Positions 56,785-64,000 of a stretch of 64,000 nucleotides of DNA are shown piece after piece. The notes under the pieces were generated by a model. The model saw only the letters and a program-made list of their open reading frames with translations, was not told where the DNA came from and made no database searches. A program made the translations under genes and the position numbers. Origin of the DNA: an uncultured Bacillota bacterium (GTDB lineage: Bacteria > Sysuimicrobiota > Sysuimicrobiia > Sysuimicrobiales > Segetimicrobiaceae); contig CAWDRG010000009.1 of NCBI GenBank assembly GCA_963804645.1, positions 800,001-864,000 on the forward strand. Reading direction: 5' to 3'. The first letter of the stretch is position 1. Every line of letters starts with the position of its first letter.

Positions 56785-56990
56785 GGAGATGCGTCTCGCT
56801 GACTCGCGCCGTATTTCGGCAGCCAATACTCTAGGTAGAGTCGTTCACAGTCGGGGCTGCAGAAGAGTCGTGTTTCCGACGCTGCCTCTACCACCCAGAT
56901 ATCACGCGGAATCATCTGGCCGCAGAGAGAGCAGTTTAGCACGGTGGTGTCCCACCAGTCGGCATTCCGCTGTTCCCAGTGGCCTGCCAT
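56781..56990 (-). CDS. small 69-aa Cys-rich protein (CxxC...CxxxC, TRASH/zinc-finger-like)
   Basis: 'NCSLCG...FCSPDC'; GAGGAGG RBS; follows hydantoinase B and overlaps the next gene (ATGA). Confidence 0.8.
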   Translation of the reverse strand: MAGHWEQRNADWWDTTVLNCSLCGQMIPRDIWVVEAASETRLFCSPDCERLYLEYWLPKYGASQRDASP

Positions 56991-57006
56991 TTCGGCCCTC
57001 CTCTGA

Positions 57007-58816
57007 TTACCTGGCGGCCGGCAACGCGGCGGTACCGTTCATGTCCGCGCGCCGGGCGGCCGTCGCGTCGACATCCAGTTCGTGACGGCCGTCCACGGTT
57101 CGGGTCACTACGCCGTACAACTCGCGTCCCGCGTCGGCTGAGATGAAACCCTGCGTGATGTCACGCAGCACGGCCTCGCTCGACCGCTGCGTCGGGTCGC
57201 CGTAGCCCCCGCCGCCCGGCGCCTCAAGGAGAATCTGGTCTCCGGCGGATACCACGCAGTTGACAAACTTCGCGGGGCTCGTCGTATGGTAGACTTCCTT
57301 GAACGTCCGGAACGTGGTGTCTCCGCGTTTCTTGATCAGGATCGCCGAGTGATTGGCGCATCCGCCGCCGAACAGCCCCCAGGGCGAGACTCTTCATGCG
57401 CTCGAACACGGCGCTGACGGTGATCTCGGCCGGCGGGAGGACCTCAATCACACGCTGGGTGCCGAGCCCGCCGCGGTGCGTCCCCGGACCGCACGAGTCC
57501 TGCACGAGGCGGTACCACTGCGTGAGAAACGGATACCGCGTCTCGAAGACCTCGACCGGGGTGTTGCGGCAGTTGCCGTTCGGCACGATGAGCGCACTGT
57601 TGCCGTCCGCAAACGCCCGGCCTCCCCAGCCGCCGCCCTCGAAGTGATAGTTCACGTAGTACTGATTGGTGTCGGGGTGGACGCCGCCGAACAGGAAGTT
57701 GCACGAGGTCCCACCCTCCGCCGCGGCGACCCGCTCGGGGACGGCCTCGGCCAGGGCGCCGAGGATCAGATCGACCATCCGCGGGTGGCTCTCCGTATTG
57801 CCGGCGACCGAGGGCCCCGGATAGCGCACGTTGACGCAGGTCCCGGGCGGCGCGATGATCTTGATCGGCCGGTAGCAGCCGGAGTTGTGCGGGATGTTCT
57901 TGTCGGTCACGTGGAAGATCGCGTTGTACGTCGCCGAGGCCGTGACGCCAAACGTGGCGTTCACGATCCCTTTCGCCTGCGGGTCCGAGCGGGACCAATC
58001 GGCGATGATCTCGTCGCCCCGGATGACCATCGTGACCCGGAAGTGCGTCGGGTTCTCCGTCGCCCCGTCGTCCTCCATGACGTCCTCGAAGGCGTACTCT
58101 CCGTCCGGCATGCGCCGGATCTCCTCGCGCATCCACCGCTCGGCGTGGTTCATCAGTTCCCGGCAGGCCGCGTTGATGAACGCCGCGCCGTATTTATCGA
58201 GCAGCCGGTGCATCCGCCGCTCCGCGATGTGGAGGGACCCGATCATGGCGTGGAAGTCGCCCCACGTGTTGCGCGGCGTCCGGTGGTTGGCGAGGACGAG
58301 CTTCCACAGATCGTGGACGTACTCGCCGCGGCGCATGATCTTGACGAGGGGCAGCCGCAGGCCCTCCTGGAACACGTCGGTCGCGGTGGCGGCGAACGAC
58401 CCGGGCGCCATGCCGCCGATCTCGGCGACATGCCCGATGTTGGCGGCAAACCCAAACAACTCTCCCTCGTAGAAGATCGGCTTCAGCACCATGTGCTCGG
58501 GCATGTGGCAGCCGCCTCGGTAGGGGTCGTTGTGAATCACGACGTCCCCTTCCTCGAAGCTGTCGAGTCCGAGCTCCGCGATCGACCACTTGACCGTGTA
58601 CAGGATCGCCCCGAGCTGGGCGGGACAGAACTCGGCCTGTGCGATCATCTCGCCGTCGCGGTTGAACAGCACGCACGAAAAATCGAGTCCCTCGTTGAAG
58701 ATCGGGGAGTAGGCCGTCCGCATCATCGCGGTGCCCATCTCCCGACAGATGTTGACGAGATGGTTGTGGATGACGCTGAGGGTCGTGAGATCGGTCGGAT
58801 CCGTCGCGGACGTCAC
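57007..58816 (-). CDS. hydantoinase B/oxoprolinase family protein (frameshift near 57385)
   Basis: 'RTAYSPIF', 'NDPYRGGCHMPE', 'GHVAEIGG', 'HRGGLG', then 'PGGGGYGDP'. Confidence 0.9.
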
Positions 58817-58820
58817 GGCG

Positions 58821-60920
58821 TCACCTCTGTTCTCCCATCACGTTGGCCGCCGCGCGCCCGCCGCCCGCCCCGGCGTCGATGCCGGTGATCACCAGCATGC
58901 CGTCGCGAGTCACATCCAGGTCCTGTCCGGGGTGCACCAGCGTGACGGAGTTCTCTTCCTCGATGAGGGCCGGGCCCCGGAGGCGCGCCCCGGCGCCGAG
59001 ATCTGCCCGTCGGTAGACCGGGCAGTCCTGCCGCCCGCTCGTCTTGAAGTACACCTGCCGCACGGTGCGGGCCATCGGAGTCGCCTGCGGGGGCAGCGGC
59101 GGGAGATCGACCTTGGGCAGGGGCCCGATGGCGCTTACCTTAAAATGGATGAACTCCATGGTTTCTCCGGCGATGTGGTACCCGTAGAACTGCTCGTGCT
59201 GCCGGTCGAACCGGCGCATGACCTCGCGAAGACTCTCCGACGAGATCGTCCCCGGAGGCACCGGGATGTCCTGCTCGTAGTTCTGACCGAGGTAGCGCAT
59301 GCTGATCGATCGGAGGAGGAGGGGCGTCCCGTCGAACCCCTCGGCGCGAAGGTCCTGCACCGCGGAGGCGGTCATCTCGTTGAACCGCTCCTCGAACCGC
59401 GCGGGGTCCAGGTCCGTCGAGCGGTAGCCGTGGGTCCAAATCCGGTCCACGCGCAGGTCGGCGAGCAGCGCGCCGAACGCCGACCCGAGCCCAGGATGCG
59501 GCGGCACGATGATTCGCCGGATGCCGATCGCCTCGGCCAGATCCGCGGCGTGGAGCGGACCGGCCCCGCCAAACGCCACCAGGTCGAACTCGCGCGGGTC
59601 CAGGCCGCGCTCGACGGTCACGAGGCGGATCGCGTCGGCCATATTCTCGTTCGCCACGGCGACGATGCTGTGCGCGGCCGCCTCGACGCTCAGCCCGACG
59701 CGCGCGGCGATCTTGTCGACCGCGGCCCACGCCCTCTCGGGATGGAGCGGCAGGTCGCCTCCGAGGAAGAAGCGCGGGTCGACCCGGCCCAGGACCACGT
59801 TGGCGTCGGTGACCGTGGCCTCGGTGCCCCCGCGGTCGTAGCAGGCCGGCCCCGGATCGGCCCCGGCGCTCTGGGGCCCCACCTTGAGAAAGCCGCCGTT
59901 GTCGATCCAGGCGATCGATCCCCCTCCCGCGCCGATCGTCGTGAGATCGATGAACGGCGCGGCCACCGGGAGCCCCCACTCGACCTGGTACTCGGTCGTG
60001 TACCCGTACTCGCCGTCGGCCACGACGCCGACGTCGGTCGAGGTGCCGCCCATGTCGAGGCTGATGACGTTCCCGGACCCGGCGCGGTCGCCGAAGTACT
60101 TGCCGGCGATGATCCCGCCGGCGAGACCGGACAGCAGCAGCTGCACCGGCTGGGACTCCGCGGCCGCCGCCAGCATGTTCCCGCCGTTGGACTTCATCAC
60201 CGCCCACGGCACGGTCACGCGCCGGCGCGCCAATTCATGGTCGACCTCGCGGACGAACCGGCCCACCAAGGGCTTGGCGTACGCGTCGATGATCGTCGTG
60301 AGCCCCCGCTCGTACTCGCGCCAGATCGGCGCGACGTTGTGCGAGAGCGAGACCGGCACGGCGGGAAAGCGCTCGGCCAGGAACTCCGCGATCCGCTGCT
60401 CGTGCACCGGCGTCGCGTAGCTGAAGAGCAGGTTCACGGCGATCGCGACCGGCCGGCCCGGCTCCTCGGAGAGGCGCCGCGCGACCGCGGTCCCCAGCCG
60501 TTCCAGCGCCTCGTCGGTGAGCGGCACCACCACGCGGCCGTTCTTGTCCACTCGTTCGGCGACACCCAGGCAGTCGCGCCGCTCGCAGAACGGATCCGGC
60601 TTGATCCACTGCAGGTCGTAGTGGTGCTTGCGGTTGAGCCGCTGGATGAACGGGACGTCCTCGAATCCGGCGGTCGTGACGTACAGCACCCGCGCGCCGG
60701 TGCGCGTGTGCACCGCGTTGAGCGCGATCGTGGTTCCGAGGATGAGAAACTCGATGTCCTCCGGCGGGATCCCGCACCCGTCCAACGCCTCGAACACCGC
60801 GCGCTGGGGAGCGGCGGGCGTCGACGGGCGCTTGGCGACGACGAGCCGCCTGGCGGCCACGTCCACGGCCACGAGATCCGTGAACGTTCCTCCGGTGTCG
60901 ATCCCTACGCGATAGCTCAC
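58821..60920 (-). CDS. hydantoinase/oxoprolinase subunit A
   Basis: 'DTGGTFTD', 'DMGGTSTD', 'GPQSAGADPGPACY', 'FGGAGPLH'. Confidence 0.93.
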   Translation of the reverse strand: MSYRVGIDTGGTFTDLVAVDVAARRLVVAKRPSTPAAPQRAVFEALDGCGIPPEDIEFLILGTTIALNAVHTRTGARVLYVTTAGFEDVPFIQRLNRKHHYDLQWIKPDPFCERRDCLGVAERVDKNGRVVVPLTDEALERLGTAVARRLSEEPGRPVAIAVNLLFSYATPVHEQRIAEFLAERFPAVPVSLSHNVAPIWREYERGLTTIIDAYAKPLVGRFVREVDHELARRRVTVPWAVMKSNGGNMLAAAAESQPVQLLLSGLAGGIIAGKYFGDRAGSGNVISLDMGGTSTDVGVVADGEYGYTTEYQVEWGLPVAAPFIDLTTIGAGGGSIAWIDNGGFLKVGPQSAGADPGPACYDRGGTEATVTDANVVLGRVDPRFFLGGDLPLHPERAWAAVDKIAARVGLSVEAAAHSIVAVANENMADAIRLVTVERGLDPREFDLVAFGGAGPLHAADLAEAIGIRRIIVPPHPGLGSAFGALLADLRVDRIWTHGYRSTDLDPARFEERFNEMTASAVQDLRAEGFDGTPLLLRSISMRYLGQNYEQDIPVPPGTISSESLREVMRRFDRQHEQFYGYHIAGETMEFIHFKVSAIGPLPKVDLPPLPPQATPMARTVRQVYFKTSGRQDCPVYRRADLGAGARLRGPALIEEENSVTLVHPGQDLDVTRDGMLVITGIDAGAGGGRAAANVMGEQR

Positions 60921-61050
60921 ACGGGCCTCCTCTGGCGCCGCGACCGGACGCGGCCTGCCGCGGGTCCGCCGGATTTCGGCGATCCGGCCTTACCGTGCTC
61001 GACACGCGGCGCGATGCTGAAATCCGGCGCGCACCTTTCCTCGATCGGCG

Positions 61051-62292
61051 TCACTCGACCACAAACGGCTGCCGTGGAAACGTCGTGAGCAGCTCGACGC
61101 CCCGCTCGGTGACCAGGCCGACCTCGCCCACCGGGACGAGCATGGTGCCGGTCTCGCGGTCCTCGATCTGGGGGTGAAACACGACGACGTTGCCGGCCTG
61201 AAAGGTATCGGTGCTCCCTCCGACCAGAAATGGTCTCTCCGAGTAATCGAGACCGTGGCCGTGCCCGATGCGCGGCGCCGCGAGGCGGTATCCCGTCTGT
61301 TCGGCGACGTCGTAGCAGGCGCGGACCACGCCGACCGCCGGAAGTCCGGGACGCGCGACGGCCGCGGCGGCGTCCACCATGCGGCCGGCGGCCGCCGTCA
61401 GAGCCTCCAGCGCGCGGCACGGCCGGCCGATCGACCCGGTGCGCATCGCCTGGATCCAGTACCCCGCGTACGCCACGTACGCGCCCAGGGCGAATTGATC
61501 GCCGTCCTCGAGGAGCCGGTCGTGCGGGCGTATATCGAGCGGTTCTGGCCATCCGGTGGGAGGCCCCGAGCACATCCAGAAGTGCGCGTAGTCGGCACCC
61601 TCGGCCCGCATCGCGGCTTCTCCCTGCGCGACCACCTGATGTCCCCAGCGGCCGGCGCGGGCCTCGCGCGCCAGCCGCTCGAACCCCAAGTCGATCAGCG
61701 CGGCGGCACGCCGCTGCAGCACGATCTCGGCGGGGCTCTTGACGGCGCGCAGCTCGGCGATGACGTCCGGCAGGTCATCCACCAGCATGTCGCTCAGCGC
61801 CCGCTTCAAGCTGCGGTAGACGCCGTGCGGCACCGTCGCGGCGGCCACCAGACCCACCGGCCGTCCGGCGAGCCCGCGCTCCGACAGAATCTGCTTGGTC
61901 ATGCCGCCGTAAGTCGCGGGAGGCTCGTCGGCCGCGCGCGGGTCCACGTACGTCACGGAGACCGAGCCCGGATCCGGCGAGGCGGTGACCCGGATGTCCG
62001 TCAGCCAGGACACCTGTTTGATCTGCGGAACAAGCGCGGGCAGTCCCGTGTACAGCAGCACCGGATCGCCCTGTACGGGAATGACCACGGCGCACTCGCT
62101 GTTCCGGTCGAGGTTCGACCAGTTGCTGATGTAGCCGACGTGGCCGGTCTGGTTCCACATGGCGGCACGGGTCGCGGAGAACGCCACGACCGCGGCCAGG
62201 CCGCGTGCGGCGGCGAAGGCCCTCACGCGCTCCGTGCGCTCGCGGCACTCCCGCGCGGTGATGCTGCGTTCCGCATCCAGGACCGGTCTCAT
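61051..62292 (-). CDS. M24 (Xaa-Pro peptidase/creatinase fold) hydrolase
   Basis: 'LRAVKSPAEI', 'GY....RT', 'IGHGHGL...E.P'; creatinase-like N-domain. Confidence 0.85.
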   Translation of the reverse strand: MRPVLDAERSITARECRERTERVRAFAAARGLAAVVAFSATRAAMWNQTGHVGYISNWSNLDRNSECAVVIPVQGDPVLLYTGLPALVPQIKQVSWLTDIRVTASPDPGSVSVTYVDPRAADEPPATYGGMTKQILSERGLAGRPVGLVAAATVPHGVYRSLKRALSDMLVDDLPDVIAELRAVKSPAEIVLQRRAAALIDLGFERLAREARAGRWGHQVVAQGEAAMRAEGADYAHFWMCSGPPTGWPEPLDIRPHDRLLEDGDQFALGAYVAYAGYWIQAMRTGSIGRPCRALEALTAAAGRMVDAAAAVARPGLPAVGVVRACYDVAEQTGYRLAAPRIGHGHGLDYSERPFLVGGSTDTFQAGNVVVFHPQIEDRETGTMLVPVGEVGLVTERGVELLTTFPRQPFVVE

Positions 62293-62375
62293 GTGCGGAC
62301 CCTCGCTTCGATAGATGACCTGTGCTCGGTGGGTCACACCCTGCATCTCGCTGCCGCTCGGGGCCGATCCGTCGA

Positions 62376-63362
62376 TCAGATCCGCTCTGCCAGATGCGCC
62401 CGCTTCGCCGCGTCGGTGAACAGGTGCGCGTAGTGCCGGTCGACGTAGCGGATGCTCTTGCGGACCCACAGCTCCGGGTCCTGGTCGGGGAGGGGCGCGA
62501 TCTCGAGACAGTGGGGCAGATGCTCCGGGTCGGGAGCCTCGGCCTGAAGGATCCGCAAGATCGTATCGACGTCGACGGACCCGTCGCCCAACGTCGAGCA
62601 CATGATCTTGGGCTCTCCCTCGAGCGTCTTCGGTTGGACGCGCATGTCCTTCAAGTGGGTCATGACGGTCCACTTCGCGACCGCCTTCACCGCGTCCACC
62701 GGGTCCTCGATCACGCTGAGAGAGTTCGCGAAATCGAAGTTCACGCGGAGCCACGGCGAGTTCACGCCCTCGACGACCCACGCGATCTCCGAACACCGGT
62801 AGTCCATGTGATTCTCGAACGCCATGCCGATGCCGATGCGCTCCGCTTCCCTGCACAGTTCCTTGAAGTTGCCGATCATCCGCTTCACCTGCACGTCGAT
62901 CGGCGGGTGCTTCGAGAAATGATTGTGCTCGACCGCGCCGTTGTGGACCGCGGAGAGGATTGGTGCGCCGGCGACCTTCAGCAGTTCCATCTGTCTGACA
63001 AATTTGGTCCGCTCCGCTTCCCACACGTGTCCCTCCGCGGCGAAATCGGCGTTGGCTCCGCCGACCAGTTCGACACTGCGGGACCGCAGGTAGTCGCGCA
63101 CGGAGTGCGCGTGGTCCTCGTCCTTCAGCCAGGCCGCGGTCATGTACAGCGGGGACAACCCCAGCTCAGCCGCCTTGTCAATGATCCACTCGACGTGGCG
63201 CCCCGGCGCCGGTCCGGTAATCGAGTTGACGTACGGAAGCGGCCGGCCGTAGTTCAAAAACGACGTCTCCGCGACATTAAAGAGGTAGACACCCGCGTTG
63301 TCGTGGCGGAGCGGAGGGTAGCAGACCCAACGGTAGCTGGCTTGAGACAGACCCAACCTCAT
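62376..63362 (-). CDS. sugar phosphate isomerase/epimerase (xylose isomerase-like TIM barrel)
   Basis: 'AFENH', 'NFDFAN', 'THLKD', 'LGDGSVD', 'LEI'. Confidence 0.85.
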   Translation of the reverse strand: MRLGLSQASYRWVCYPPLRHDNAGVYLFNVAETSFLNYGRPLPYVNSITGPAPGRHVEWIIDKAAELGLSPLYMTAAWLKDEDHAHSVRDYLRSRSVELVGGANADFAAEGHVWEAERTKFVRQMELLKVAGAPILSAVHNGAVEHNHFSKHPPIDVQVKRMIGNFKELCREAERIGIGMAFENHMDYRCSEIAWVVEGVNSPWLRVNFDFANSLSVIEDPVDAVKAVAKWTVMTHLKDMRVQPKTLEGEPKIMCSTLGDGSVDVDTILRILQAEAPDPEHLPHCLEIAPLPDQDPELWVRKSIRYVDRHYAHLFTDAAKRAHLAERI

Positions 63363-63461
63363 TTCTCACCCCGACGATCGATTTTCAGCGCGCGGGCGGT
63401 GGTCCTGGAGCGACCCGCGCCGCCCGCTCCGCGCGGTCGCGCCGCGCGCACGCGGCGTCGC

Positions 63462-64000
63462 CTACCAGTTGGTGTGCGAGCCGTCCGCGCGGCGGAAGTG
63501 CGGCAGCTCCGTGAATACGAACTTGGCCGGGTCGGGCAGCGCGCGTTCGTCGATGTCGATCCCCAACCCCGGCGTCGTCGGCACCGGATATCGGGCGCCG
63601 TCGAGCCGGGGGCGGTTCAGAAAGATGGGGGAGACATGCCTCCCGGTGTCGTCGCCCGGAGTTTCGCGGCATTCGAGCCAGGCGAAGTTCGGGATCGCGG
63701 CCGCGAGGTGCACCGTCGCCGCGGTACACACCGGACCGAGCGGATTGTGAGGCATCAGGTCGATATAGTGCGCCTCGCACCACCCGGCGACCTTGACGGC
63801 TTCGGTAAAGCCCCCCACATTGCACAGGTCGAGGCGGGCATACTGCATCAGCCCCCGCTCGATGTAGGGGAGGAACTGCCACTTCGACGCGAACTCCTCC
63901 CCGACCGCGAACGGCACGGTCGTGAGCGTGCGCAGCGCCGCGTAGGCGTCCGGGGTCTCGTCGCGGATCGGCTCCTCCAGGAAGTCGAGCGTGCCGGCGG
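63462..64000 (-). CDS. mandelate racemase/enolase superfamily dehydratase (galactonate dehydratase-like), N-terminus outside window
   Basis: 'FLEEP', 'AVGEEF', 'GGFTE', 'MPHNPLGP', 'PGLGID'. Confidence 0.88.
   Translation of the reverse strand, partial: AGTLDFLEEPIRDETPDAYAALRTLTTVPFAVGEEFASKWQFLPYIERGLMQYARLDLCNVGGFTEAVKVAGWCEAHYIDLMPHNPLGPVCTAATVHLAAAIPNFAWLECRETPGDDTGRHVSPIFLNRPRLDGARYPVPTTPGLGIDIDERALPDPAKFVFTELPHFRRADGSHTNW

Overview
High-GC bacterial DNA, probably from a long-read metagenomic contig: several stretches carry single-base indels that split otherwise well-conserved genes. The window is almost entirely a catabolic island for nitrogenous organic compounds. It holds four hydantoinase/oxoprolinase A+B pairs, a dihydropyrimidinase, and two dipeptide/nickel-type ABC transporter clusters with Tat-exported binding proteins but no ATPase genes. 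It also holds six DegT/DnrJ/EryC1/StrS aminotransferase paralogs plus a seventh fragment, with no NDP-sugar or glycosyltransferase genes nearby. Other genes encode an amidase with a small GatC/AtzG-like partner, an amidohydrolase-fold protein plus Rieske ferredoxin, an opine dehydrogenase, two MmgE/PrpD, two RidA, an asparaginase-like and a GalB-like enzyme, and GntR and IclR regulators. Mobile or accessory parts are a 5'-truncated IS5, a higBA toxin-antitoxin module and several deletion relics. The best candidate for an undescribed system is the multi-DegT/amidase/hydantoinase cluster, whose promoters share a motif (TTNC-N7-GRAA-N5-TTNC) that may be an IclR site; it is plausibly a pathway for degrading amino-sugar or aminocyclitol compounds. 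No rRNA, tRNA or CRISPR array was seen.
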